Below are positions 22,738-35,580 of a stretch of 64,000 nucleotides of DNA, one piece after another. Within the stretch, counting starts at the first letter, position 1; every line of letters begins with the position of its first letter. The notes under the pieces are model-generated. The model made no database searches, was not told the origin of the DNA, and was given only the letters and a program-made list of their open reading frames with translations. A program made the position numbers and the translations under genes. Source of the stretch: the human T2T-CHM13v2.0 reference genome, Homo sapiens; NCBI RefSeq assembly GCF_009914755.1, contig NC_060938.1. One strand, written 5' to 3'.

Positions 22738-22900
22738 AAGTGGTTCTTAAAGTGTGGTCCTCTGACCAACGTGATCATCATTTGAGATAAATATAAATTA
22801 TTGGGCCCCACCCCAGACCTACTGAAACCCCCAGGTGGGGCCAAGCAATCTACATTTTACCAAGCCCTCCAGGTGATTTTGATGCAAGCTAACATCTGCG
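22738..22900. mobile_element. MER5A-like fragment
   Basis: agtggttcttaaagtgtggtcc...ccccagacctactgaa...caagccctccaggtgatt. Confidence 0.7.
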
Positions 22901-23559
22901 AGCCAGGTCTTTACCTTCTATTTAAGAAGTCAGGTCTTTATCGTCTATTGAACAATCCAGTACACACGACTATGTGCCAGTCACTATCCTAAAAGCTCTA
23001 CAAATACCAACTCACATGAAAAAAAAAACACCACCACCACCTTATAAAGTAGGAACTATTACTATTAGTATTCTGATGAGGAAACTGCACAGAAACTTAG
23101 CTAAGTGGTGGAACTAGAACTCAAAACTTCTTTTCACTTTAGCCGAGTATGCCTACCCTCTTTCTGATAAGTATTTACTTCTACTCCTTTAGTTCAGCTA
23201 CTCCTCCCCTTTTCCCTCCCAAATTCCCCACCCTGTCAATGAACCTATTTCCTAATATTACTGCCATCATCCTAAAACAAATTTCTTTTCTAAAACAAGT
23301 CACTTAACCTTGCTTTTAGGAGCTTTGCTTTGGTCCTAGATGTCATCTTGATATTAATTACGAAACTGAAGTTTCTTCTATTTGTGAAGACCTGTGAACC
23401 TACATGGCTCCACTGTTAATTTCTCATATATCTACTGTCCTAGCCAGTTCCACGAAACCATTACTCTCTCCTCGGGCAACTTTCTTTCTCTACCTTATCC
23501 CCTCCTATAGGGATTCTCTCCCACCTCCGCCCATCTCCGTCCCATTTTGCATGACTCCT

Positions 23560-24900
23560 CTCCGACCGAGGGAACTTCCACTCCCCTGCTGGCTCCTCAC
23601 CCCGGTCTCAAACGCGAGCCACTCCTCGAGGACTTCTTTCCTGGTCCCTTAGGGATCCTCAGAGCCGGAGCGGCCAGGCCAGTTGGGTCTCCCATCCCAG
23701 CTCAGCTATGGGGGCGCAGGGAGCTCCGGTTCTTCCCCCAGGCGGTGCAAGATCTCTACTCGTCCGACCCTCCGAAGACCTGCTGCTCCTCATCTCTCCA
23801 GGAGCCCCCTCCCTTGGACAGCCGCTTTTCTCAGGAGGGTCCCCAACCCCCTCCGAGCGTTTCCTCAGACGCCCCTACTTGGAGCAAGTCTGCTCCCTGT
23901 CACCCGGGACCCTGGCCACCCTCGGCCTTCCTACCTCCCTCGGACCGGGGCCACTCCCAGTTCCCCTGCCCCCCACCCCGCTCTCTCCTCACCGGCCGCT
24001 GCCGGGCTTCCCGGATTCCTTTTCTCCCTGGCACCCAAGCCGTCCTGGGTATTCCCAAGACACCCCGCCCTTGAAGCAGGTCGTTACAGGTCACCCCCTC
24101 TCTGGGACCCTGGCCGCTTCCGTTTCCTCAGATACCTACTCCTCACACAGTGGCCGCCGGTCAGCGCGCTAGACCGGAGCAGCTGGACGTCCCAAGGGAC
24201 CTCCTGGCCTGACCCGCGCGGGTCCGGCCGTAGCCTACCTTCCTCGGGAGAACTCCGCAGCCAGAAGCCCAGCCCCTCTCCCCCTAGCCCAGTCAGCGCG
24301 AACTCGCCGCCGCCCCCGCCGCCTCCGCCCTGGCCCCGGCCCCGGCCCGGGCCCCGACCCGAAGTCCAGGCCCCCTTCCTCCGGCCTCCGCCTCCGGAGT
24401 GCTGAGCTGGAGATTCCGCCCCGCGACGGCCCCCAGATCTCTGACCCGCGTTACCGGCACTCACCTGCCGCTGCCCCCGACCAACTCAAGCGCCACTGCC
24501 TCTACCTCGGCCGCCAGTGGCCACCAAGCGCCACCACCTCCCCCATGACAACAGGCCCACCCTCTTTCATACTTCTAACCTATCCATTGGATAGTGGGGC
24601 GGCAGCTCTCCTCTCTGATTGGTTTAGTATACCCGCCCGTCATCGCTCTTTACCGCCCCTTTTCCTAAACCCGGTATTCGCCCCCGCCCGGACCTGGAGC
24701 GTCCTAGCCCAAGCTTTAGTTGTAATTGGTTGAGGGTTGGGCAATTCGAAGTTATGATAGGCTGCTAAAAGTGTCTGTTAAGCTAACTGGCAAGAGACGT
24801 GACGGTTAAGGTTGATTCACGCTTGTGCACAGTTTGGTTGCGCAGTAGAAAGCAAAGGAGGGGCAGACGCTCACATTCGTGGTTACCCGGGAAGGGTTAA
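23560..24900. promoter_or_regulatory. CpG-island, TATA-less promoter of NUMB with CCAAT and GC boxes
   Basis: ATTGG (CCAAT on minus) at 24586, 24618 and 24725; GC boxes at 24596-24602, 24633-24638, 24653-24659 and about 24682-24689; high CpG density. Confidence 0.88.
24465..24560 (-). other. NUMB: NUMB non-coding exon 1 (5' UTR); TSS approximate
   Basis: Perfect CAG|GTGAGT donor at 24465/24464 in a CpG island. Minus-strand sequence GGGGGAGGTGGTGGCGCTTGGTGGCCACTGGCGGCCGAGGTAGAGG matches my recollection of the NUMB mRNA 5' end, and synteny with HEATR4/RIOX1 agrees. Confidence 0.85.
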
Positions 24901-25335
24901 GTCTTTGTTGTAGAGTTTTCTCTGTAAACTTTTCCACTTCTCCAGCTCACTTCCTGCAAGGAGAAGCTTATCTCTGCTAGCTTTATTCATAGGGGTAGTA
25001 CTTACAAAACACCAACATTAGAGGTTGTGTTTAAGAAGTGTTTCCAAGCCCTGGGGAGAAAGGTATCAGAGAGATAAAAATGTCCCCTTCTTTTCTTTGG
25101 TCTCAATGCATCCAATTTCATTGAAGTTCTTTCCAGGAGCCTCAATGCTAAAGGGCAAAGCGCAAACTTTCATTTAGCAGAAATCAGTCAACTTCGGTTG
25201 CAATTATAAATGTCGTCAATAAACTGAAGTGGCGTATTGAGAGTTCTCCAGCTTCCAGATCCACTCCTGGCTGACCCCTGCCAATTGACCAGACAGCCAT
25301 TAGCAACTTTTTTTTTTTTTTTTTTTTTTCTGTGA

Positions 25336-25560
<225 letters not shown>

Positions 25561-28317
25561 TAAGCCACCGCGCCCGGCCAGCAACTTTCTAATAAGCGGG
25601 CCACATTATACCCTTATGATGCTCTGGAAATGAGAATTCTGCTTTCCCCCACCTCTCACTGCCACTTTGTTTTTCTGTTCAGCAGTTCTTAAATAGCCCT
25701 ACTAGCTGTGTGTCAGATACTTTAAAAGCTTCTCTCTCTCTCTCTTTTTTTTTTCTAAACCTCTTCCTAGCAGTCTAAATTAGGGCCATTGAATGAATTG
25801 CCGGGTTGTGTGTGTGTGTGTTTTTTTTTTTTCCTCACTTGGCACAATGCACAAGAATAAATGATTGCATTTTTTATTCACTTGGGTACAAATCACAGTA
25901 GGCATTTTTGAGAAATCTAATGTTGCTATAAAAACTCTTGTGCTCCTAGAAATATATTCATCATTAGCTTTTTGTTTTTCCTTTTTTTTCACCCACTTTT
26001 CCTGCTCCTAAATAACAAAATGCTGGTCTGATTACTCTTTCAGTTTCTAAATCAGATTTAAATGTACTTTCTCACAACCCCACCTATGATACATATACCC
26101 ATGGGCCATGAAACAACACCCAGGGATAGTTTAAGACACTGTCAGGCCGTGCGGTGGCTCATGCCTGTTATCCCAGCACTCTGGGAGGCCGAGCCGGGCA
26201 GATCACCTGAGGTCAGGAGTTTGAGACCAGCCTGACTAACATGGTGAAACCCCTGTCTCTGCAGATGGTGCCACTGCACTCCAGCCTGGGCAACAGAGTG
26301 AGACTCTGTCTTAAAAAAAAAAAAAAAAAAAAGACACTGTCAAGGAGGCATTCACCTCAAGGATGTGGACTTTGGAAATGTGCTTTGTCTCTTTCTTCTT
26401 TCTGCTAACCCTTTGTCTCATATTTCTTCTATTTACTAACCTCCTTGTTCTTTGCAGAGCAAGCTACAAAGAGTCTAAAACTGTATGGTTTATTATTCAG
26501 AAAAATATTGTCTTTTTTCTAGCCTATATTTTTAGTCAAGTTTAAATAAAGTACATACTTCTATCACCAGACTAAGCAGAAATTATTCCTCCAGTAACTA
26601 TACATAACAATAAAGTGCCTTTTCCTAGTTATTTTCCGGAACTTTCCTCCCCCTCCTCTCTTCCTCACCTTCCAATTTAGAAATAACCTCCCATTCAATT
26701 CAATGACTCACAAAAAGCCTGTGAAAGGAAAGTGGAAAAGCCAAAATAACTTAGAGATGTCTGAATCATTCAGCTGAAGGAAAGATCAGACATTGACCAT
26801 GATAAGATAGACGCCAAGACATAAGGCAAGCCTGAGCTAACATCCCATAACATGTGAAGTAATGCAAATGTGAAGATGCCCCAAGAAAAAGCAAATACCA
26901 ATATGTCCTTTTACACAGCCTTTTAATATATCACCAGCAGCTTGCTTCTCTCTAGTCTTGGCAGTGTGCCATGCTACCAATTTTAGAGCAAGTTAGAAGA
27001 CAATTAATGTCCTGACAGATAGGAAACAATAACGTCATAGGAGGACATGACCATTATTATGGTACTTTGGGTAATAATGGCTCTTGCACAGCCATAGTGA
27101 CTAGGTGCCATAGAAAACATAGAATTAGGCCAGCCTTGCTAAGAGGACTTGCCATCTAAGTTGAAGAATGCAGCGAAATTACTATCACAAAACTGGGTGG
27201 AAAATTGTCACAAAAGTCAGCCGCTATTTCATACACTAAAAAAAAAAAAAAAAAAGAAAGCATGTATAAATGCTTTTGCTCATATACACACATCTATCAT
27301 TCCTATTCTTTGTGAATATCAGTTAAGAAAGGACATATAAAATAAATATGTTACAACCCAGTAAGTAGTGGGAAAACCTTAAGGAAGGTTTCAAGGAACA
27401 TGCCTTGAAATAACAGAAGGCTATTGTGTTATCAAAGACTGTGCAGTACCGGAGGGGTTATTGCTTGTATCCCTACATTTTGCTTTCACGTGCACAAGGT
27501 AACCCTATCATGTAATTACTCCATCCAGCTTTTTTCTTTTCTTTCCTGTGTTTTTTGCTTCTCTACCATTCTCAGGGCTCCCTCTCAGAAAACAAGAACA
27601 CTGGAGTCTGGGAGTCTGCAGCTTCCTGTTGCATGGCTGGCTGTGGAGGTCCTGCAGATGGTATCTGTTCAGAGCCACTTGGGCACGACCAAGATGGCAG
27701 GTACATTCGGGGCAAAAATAGCGTTTATAATCCCAATTAAGCAGAAAATAGAGGACTCAGAGTGATGTCCAATATCTGAGGAGTGATATAGTGTGCCTTG
27801 GGCTTTCCTGTACACTAATGCTGTTTCTCCTGCTCTTTCATAATGTCACTTTTCAAGGGAAAAGAATCCAAGTCTCTTTCCATTTCTATTTTAGCCCACA
27901 GGGGCAATCTCACTAGGGAAAGGATCCATTTTTTGCTTTTGGATTTTCTTCCTCTGGATTCTACACACGATTCCAATTCCAACTAGATTAGAGAAATAAA
28001 CAACCGGTGGAGAAGAAAATCGCTCAGATAGCAGACAAGGGCCAGAACTGCCTGCCACTAGCAGTTGGAGGCAAGCCAAAATATTTGATAAGAGGTAGCT
28101 TCCTGAGTTAGGGATCCCTGAGGGTGGAGGCTGACAAAGATGAAGGGATTAGAGAGAAGGGGAGGGAAAAGGAGGGAAGAGGAGGAGATGAGGGGGCAGG
28201 AGAGAAAAGGGTAAGAAAAGCTAGAAAAACAGTCAAAAAACCCAATCAGAGTGCTGAGCCAGCTTACAGTCCTGCCTTGCCTACCCCCTATCCCCACCCA
28301 TGTGGACTTTACACTAG

Positions 28318-28635
28318 GTTGCATAATTACACCAGCAAAGTGCAGCCTCTGCCACTGGTTAAAAGGGAAAGCGTGCCAGGCTCCAGCCTATGGGACCGTT
28401 GTTCTGCTGCCACCTGGAAATCCTCCCAGAGCTCAAAGCCTGCTGCTCTGGGCAAAGCTGACAAGGAAGGACAGATTCAGCAGCCAACCAAGGAGCATAC
28501 CTTCATTTGATTTCCTTAAGGCAAAAGCACTGGCTAAACAAAGGGAGACTATCTGGGAGAAGGTGTTTTCACCCTTTCAAGCTGGGGTGCTTTCACCACC
28601 GGGAAGTGCCACGCTGCTTTCCACGCTGGAACAAG
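28318..28635 (+). pseudogene. Best-preserved exon of the candidate pseudogene (GCIITPAKCSLCHWLKGK...LLSTLEQ)
   Basis: tttacactag acceptor, CAAG|gtactg donor; 318 nt, phase 1-1, fully open. Confidence 0.5.
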
Positions 28636-29281
28636 GTACTGTGGTTTCAAAGTTCAAGGCTCTGTTTCAGGGATGGGAAGGAAAAAAAAATCAGTGAAAG
28701 AAGGTGTTCTGGTCTCTCAGGCAGAACCATTTGTTATTTGATTCCAGAGCTCATGTAATTTTTAAATACCACACTATGCATTTTCATTACTAAATGCATT
28801 CATTTTCATCCTCAAGAAAAGTGTATGCCCCCTTCCACCTGCTTTACATAATATGGCTTGAGCGCTTGTAAAAATGGATGGGCTGTAGCTCTGAGTTCTG
28901 CCATTGTGCTATTGACTGGAGCTCCTGGTTACTATCACCAGATCTATGGGTGGATCAGCCATTCTTCTGCAGCAGGGAGTGGACCGACTCAAAGCACTTA
29001 GCACCATTTAAACTTTTGTCCATCTCTGTTTTTATGCACACAAAGAGTTTCCTGGAAACATGGCTATCCTCCAAGGATTTCAGAGAGTAGAATTCTTCCA
29101 GAACTGCAGTGTCCCAATCACTTGGAACCTCATGAGAAAGCAGACTTAAACTCAGACCCTAGAACCTCGAACTTAGTATGTTCCAAAAGCTTTGGCTCTG
29201 CCATTTACCAACTGTGTAATTTGGGGAACATTGATTCATCACCCTAAAGCTTCATTTTCTTCATCTATAAAATGAGATACA

Positions 29282-29805
29282 TATTAGCTATCTTGTCTTG
29301 CATAACAAATTACCCCAAAACTCAGTAGCTTAAAAGAACGTTTATCGTCTCAGTTTCTGTGGGTCAACTCTCTGGCATTGGGTCTCTTATAAGACCACAG
29401 TCATCTCAAGCTCAGTTGGGACAGATCTGCTTCCTGCCTCACTCACCTCGTTATTGTTGGCAGGACTCACTTCCTAAGGCCTTGGTTCCCCAGGAGCTGT
29501 TGGCCAGAAGCCTCCCTCGGTGCCCTGCCTCATGGGCCTCTTCGTTGAGCATCTCACAACGTGGCAGCTTACTTCATCAGTGCAAGCAAGCAAGAGCAAG
29601 AGAGAGGACTCACCAGAGACAGTAATAGCAAAACAGAAGGCACAGTCTTTCGTAATCCAATCACAGATGTGACATCCCATCACTGTTGCCACATCCTGTG
29701 AGTTAGAAGTAAGTCATTAGGTCCAGCCCACACTCAAGGAGATTACACAAGGATGTAAAGACCAGCAAGAGGATCATTGGGAGCTATTTTAGAAGCAGCC
29801 TACTC
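29282..29805 (-). mobile_element. MLT1 (probably MLT1F-type) ERVL-MaLR solo LTR
   Basis: Characteristic cataacaaattaccccaaaactcagtagcttaaa ... aggtccagcccacactcaaggag. Confidence 0.75.
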
Positions 29806-30235
29806 TAAGATAATAATAACATCTAGGGTTTGTTTAAAATTTAAATTAGAGACTGCATGGTGGCAGCTACTTGGGAGGCTGAGGTGGGAGGCTCACTTGA
29901 GGCCAGGGGTTTGAGGCCAGCTTGGGCAACATGGTGAGACTCCTCCATCTCTTAAAAAAAAAAAACAAATATATGTGTATATTTTTAAATATTCAAAAAT
30001 CAAATTAGAGAATATGTTCAATTCAGGGCCAGCATATGTTATGTAATATATAACTGTTATATATAATAACTATTATTACCATTAATATTATTATTGACTA
30101 TATAATGGCTGGTTTTCTCCCCTAGCTCCTAGAAGGAACCCTTTTATGAGGAGTAAATGAAATAATATACATAATTCAGGACCTGACATGTAGTAAATGC
30201 TCAATAATCATTAGTTATTGTTAACATTATTAATA

Positions 30236-30522
30236 GCCGGGCACGGTAGCTCACGCCTGTAATCCCAGCACTTTGGGAGGCCAAGGCGGGCGGATCACAA
30301 GGTCAGGAGATCGAGACCATCCTAGCTAACACGGTGAAACCCCGTCTCTACAAATACAAAAAAATTAATTGGGCATGGTGGCGGACACCTGTTGTCCCAG
30401 CTACTCAGAAGGCTGAAGCAGGAGAATGGCATGAACTCAGGAGGCGGAGCTTGCAGTGAGCAGAGATCACGCCACTGCACTCCAGTCTGGGCAACAGAGC
30501 GAGACTCCATCTCAAAAAAAAA
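30236..30522 (+). repeat. AluY
   Basis: Diagnostic gagatcgagaccatcc / ggagaatggc / ggagcttgcagtgag; flanked by the aacattattaata TSD. Confidence 0.9.
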
Positions 30523-31265
30523 ACCAACATTATTAATAAACATGTGATATTTGATATTCTCTCCAAGCTACTGGAAGGAAATACTATGAACTCTCATTAC
30601 TTTTCCAGGGTGGCCTTATTTCCATATGTTTTGTTCAGTTTTTCCATTAGCACCCTATACTCACCAGAGCACAATTCTAGATTTGGGGTTCATAAAATAT
30701 GACCACCAAATCCATAACACAGTCTAATTTCCTGCCTGCCCTATACCAAGAAGGGTATGCACAAAACCAGCAAAATGGGCTAATTATGGCAGCACCTCCT
30801 ATATGCACAAAAGTCTGAGCCTGGCCCCAACCAGAATCCAGACAGAAGGGATTGTGCCTGGGAGAATGAACAGAAACTTCGCTATGTGACCTTTGTCCCT
30901 TTTAAAATATGGTCATCATTGTGCAGTCTACTCAGTCAATCCTCAACTAAGAATGAGAGAAAGAGGGACCTACACAGGCCCTACAGATGGGATAAGGGTG
31001 TCCAAGAAGACATTTTCACACCTGGGTTGGAAGTAATAAGAACCCATAAAAATAAAGAGCAATTTTGCAATTAGAAAGTTGGAAGAAGAGAGTCCAGTTT
31101 GCAACATGAAAGAAAGATCATAAGAGGCTGGAGTCACCCTTTAGGGCTGGGTTGAAGCTGTCTTCCTTATAAAGGTGGAGGATATTGAGGGTTGGCCTGT
31201 GGCCAGGAAAAATGAGGAACTATAATCAAGAAAACCCCATTATTTTTGCTTTGAGTCATTTCTCA

Positions 31266-31517
<252 letters not shown>

Positions 31518-32329
31518 TCAAAAAAAAAAAAAAAAAGAAAAAAGAAAAGAAAAGAAAAGAAAAAGAAAAGAAAGAAATACAAAGATCCAAGTTTTTGCAA
31601 CTTATCTGTCTCTCTCTCTCTCTGTCTCTGTTTCTTCTTCTCCCACCCATATTTGCACATGTTCTTTCATTTCTTTTCCGCACAGAAGAAAACTACCCTT
31701 ACAAGGAAATGCCTTAGGATCCTCCAGGCTGGAATTGTTTTCAGATCAGGAATCATCTTCTCTAGCAGTCTCCACTGCAGCTCTACAGGATTAGAGCTCA
31801 GTATTCACAGATAATGACAGTTTACACCTCTCCCTCTAAATCAAGTCACCTGTGCAGCTGTGATTTAAAGAGTTCGGATGATTTTCTGAGCTGCACTAGC
31901 CCTGGCCCTTTCCTCTCCCGAAATGTTCCCAAACATTACCAGATTTGTACACAGAAAGGCTCAAAGCAGAAGTTGCTGGGAAAGTTCTGTAAACATGAAG
32001 GGGAGATGTACACCAATATCAAGTTCCTCTTCCTGTGGCTCTGGTTTTCTCTCCTTCCTATTCTGTGTTTCCTCTGTGTCTGGGACAGAGGAGACTTGTA
32101 TGTTTCCATACCTGTTAATAGCCAGAGAAAACTTTGTTCGGTCCCTTGGCAGGTTAGCGGATTTTAGAAGGGAAAGACAGGGTAAAGAGATGAGGACTCG
32201 CCCCCAGGAAGTCTGACTATACAACAGGAATGGTGTATTTATTTATTCAGCCCTTTCCTACACTGCAGTCATTTCATTTCACCCTCAGGATGTGTATTTA
32301 GTGGTAAGCTTTCTTTCTTTTCCTGTTAG

Positions 32330-32627
32330 TTTCCTGCAAAAGGACATCAGTGTCTTCCTCATTGGAGCAGCTGATAAGAAGGATGTTGTTGCTCAAATAG
32401 AGACAGAAAAACATATTTCCTATCACAGACCCAGGCCATCCCAAGGGCATGGAGAATTAGACCAGGTTGTGGAAATAATAGAAGAACCTGATTTTCATGC
32501 CTATTTCCCTGGTGCCATCTTCCTCCCTGAAATACTCTGCAATAATTACACCTTCCACTTAAGTAGGATTTCACACTTTTCCAAAGTAGCATCACGTTGT
32601 ACGGAAGTAGAGTTGGCTGCACTGTAG
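32330..32627 (+). pseudogene. Exon-like open segment of the candidate pseudogene (FLQKDISVFLIGAADKKDVVAQIETEK...)
   Basis: Strong acceptor ctttctttcttttcctgttag; phase 2 matches the AG|gttagc donor at 32152; about 98 open codons with globular-looking composition; donor position uncertain. Confidence 0.5.
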
Positions 32628-35479
32628 CTGGCATAGCCTATTAGTTACTTTGGAGGGTTTATATGAAGAGGCAACTTTGGGTTTAACTTTAAGTTTTGGG
32701 GAACTCATACAAATAGCATAGGTTTACCCTAAGTTGGATTCCATTTGCTAGCTCCTGCCTCTCCTACAGATCTCATCTTCAAAGTTACTATTATAGGGGA
32801 GGCTTCCTGTTATCCCTCTCCCAGCCACATTGAGTTGGGTGCCCCTCTTATACACACTGCATTTCCACTTTGGATACACATATCCCGTGGGTAAACTTGC
32901 TCAGTGCCTAGCCATCCAGCAACATGTCGGCACTGTAATACCAGGGACAACAACCTTCCTGCTCATGGCTGCCTAGCATAGGGCCTGGCCCACAGTAGTT
33001 CACTAAATATTTAGTGAATGAATGAGTGAGTCAGGAATTGTCTCTAGGAGTAGCCTTGCCACCTGACACAATCACTTATTTTGGGGTAGTGCTCTGGGAG
33101 TTATAAAAAAGGCCTGTGCTAATTATCACATAATGATCACCGGTGGTTATAGTATTTAGTAGGCAAAAGCACAGTGGTGGAGTATGACTAAATAAAGGTC
33201 TCCTCCAGGTGGGGGGCTATCCCCGCACTCTGAACTTGGAACCCCACTGCCCATCTCTCTTGGACTCCTGTGGACAGGGTCATTCCTTTGGGAAATTCTT
33301 TTCGGAGTTGCCAACACTGGGGAACAGGGAGAATTAAGCTCCATTTCCCCAAACTCAATGAAGTCTTTCTGATATGAAAATTAAATTAAAGAACAAGGCC
33401 AGTGGTGGCCCTCTGTTGCTTTCCTTTCAGCCTCTGAGACAGATTTCCCCATCAAGGGTCTGCGCTGAGTCATCCCGCCTCCAGCGGAAACAAGTCAGCA
33501 GCACCCTGAGGATGGGTGATGGAGGTAAAGACTCATCCTGCTAATCTCCTCCTCCCGCGGAGGCCAAGGTTCATGGTCTTGGCCCCCTCCCTGGGAACAA
33601 AAAGGCAACCCAAGAGAAAAGACTCTTCCTTCCCACTCCTCTCTCTCTTACAAGCTCATGGTCTGTGGCTCCTCTTTCTTCTGCCAATGGAAGTTGAGGA
33701 TAGAGAGAGAGGAGGAGGAAGAAGAAACCAAAGGGCACAGGACTGTACTTTGCTGGCTGGGGGGAGGTGGGACACATGGGTGGGGGGTATGAATTGGGAT
33801 GAAGGATGACAAGACATGAAGAATCCTTGGAGGTTCTCCAACAGTTCTCACATACAGAACAGCTAAGGCACAGCCCAGTTGCGGAGACACCAGGGAACCC
33901 AGAAATGTAAATAGTAGGAGGTGATGACAGCAAAGAAGCAGGCAGATCTGATACACAGGCCCCTACACAGAGCTACGCCCTGTGGGAGAACCACAAACTG
34001 CCTAAGACTGGGTAGCAAAGAGAGAGAGAGTGGGCGTTCAGTGTGAGACCTTGAATCAGAGGCCCACACTCTATATCTAGCTCAGTCTCCAATTTGTGGG
34101 GAGGACCGGGGTGAAAGATGAATGTCAGAGATGTGGCTTAATCAGCTGCCTATGGGATGGGCACATGTTTAGGAGATACTTTGAAATCTCTAGATGAAAG
34201 GAAATGCCAGAAAAAGCTATCATTACTTTGAGGGCTGATCATAGAGCAGCCGGAGCATCTTTGAGCTCCTATATTGGAATCAGAGTCTACAGTATTTTCA
34301 TCTTGGGCGGACCAATTCCTGAAGACCAGTTTTTTAATAGCATCAATTGAGAACAGGGTCAATTGTGAGGTCCCTTAGGAATACAACCAGAAATCTCATC
34401 ACTGGAGTATAGAAATTTCCAACCAGGCTCCAGCCAGTTATCTATGCAGACTGATTCTAGCCAGGCCTAACTTGCCTAGGGTGATGATCTACAGGCTATG
34501 ACCTGATGACACTTCTCCCTTTCTCTCCTCTCTTTCTCTCTTTCACGTGTGCATAAGGCAACTTAGAAACATTAATTCACCAAAGAATACTTGGAGATTC
34601 CCAAATGATCACCCCAATTGTGGCTCTTCATCTCCAAACACTTAGCCTTTTTTTTTTTTTTTAAAGGAATGTGATGTGCTTAAACCAGATCTTTTTTCTT
34701 TCTATTTGGCAGGTACATAGGCACATGACCCTAGTATTTTCCTTCTCTATTTATTCCCTTCTATACTTTACCACAAATACTTCCACTTGACTCCCTCTTC
34801 TGGTCTCTGTTCTATGAACCATCTAGATTATCATTCCAAATGAATACATTTGTGTTTGAGCCCTTAAATGCAAGAATATTTCCCTTCCTGGTCTCTCCAA
34901 AGCTAACAGGCTAACTAGACTCAGAACAGGACTTTAATCTAAGCTGGCAATAAGTGCTTACCTGTCCTGAATGACCTAAGCTGCAATCATCCTGGGTCAC
35001 AATCATCAGAGGAACAGATATTATTTTTCTCCTATTGCACGAAGTGGACAAAGGTTGTCTAGATGGTGCAGAATGGATCTCGATAAAGCCAGAGCTCCTT
35101 GTGAAATAAGAAAAATCTCAAGAATGGGCATGTGACTGCTAAGCAAGCTCTGTGGGAGAGCTCAACCTATAATATTACAAGTGGCATGCGTAAGATCAAC
35201 ATGAACTCATCTCTCAAATCCCCAAATCTTAGGTTTCAATGTCTCTTACAAAGTTCCAGGAGAGTTAAGCTTAGGACCAATATAAAGGAAGACTACTCCA
35301 AACTGTAGGTAGTAAATGCATGGCACTCATTACCCAGGGAGGGAATACAATCAGAATACAGAAAAAAAATCAGGGCAACATTTATGAATTGCAGAGCCAT
35401 ATATGAGTAAAACTGGATGGATCTTGAACTACTCATTTTCAACCCTAGTCCTATGTGAAAGTCTCATGTCTCTCTCCTA

Positions 35480-35580
35480 GGTCCTAGTATTCCAACTCAG
35501 TAGGTTGGAGTGGGGTCTGTATATAGTTGCAAAGCTCCCCCAGGTGATTCTGATTTATAACCAGGTTTGAGGACCACTAC
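35480..35580. mobile_element. MER5-like fragment
   Basis: tcagtaggttggagtgggg...aagctcccccaggtgattctgat...tttgaggaccact. Confidence 0.55.

Noticed and set aside
24125-24140. Possible alternative NUMB first-exon donor (TAG|gtatct, minus strand)
   Set aside because: Weak donor; cannot be supported without transcript data
23547-24464. 175-240-aa Pro/Gly-rich ORFs in the NUMB CpG island
   Set aside because: Stop-poor GC-rich sequence open in several frames; low complexity
24900-25062. Possible first coding exon of the relic gene ending at AAG|gtatca
   Set aside because: The phase-compatible frame has a TAA seven codons upstream and no clear ATG, so it is not included in the model
28878-29090. 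70-aa ORF within the relic-gene region
   Set aside because: No convincing acceptor or donor, and the flanking exons join in phase without it
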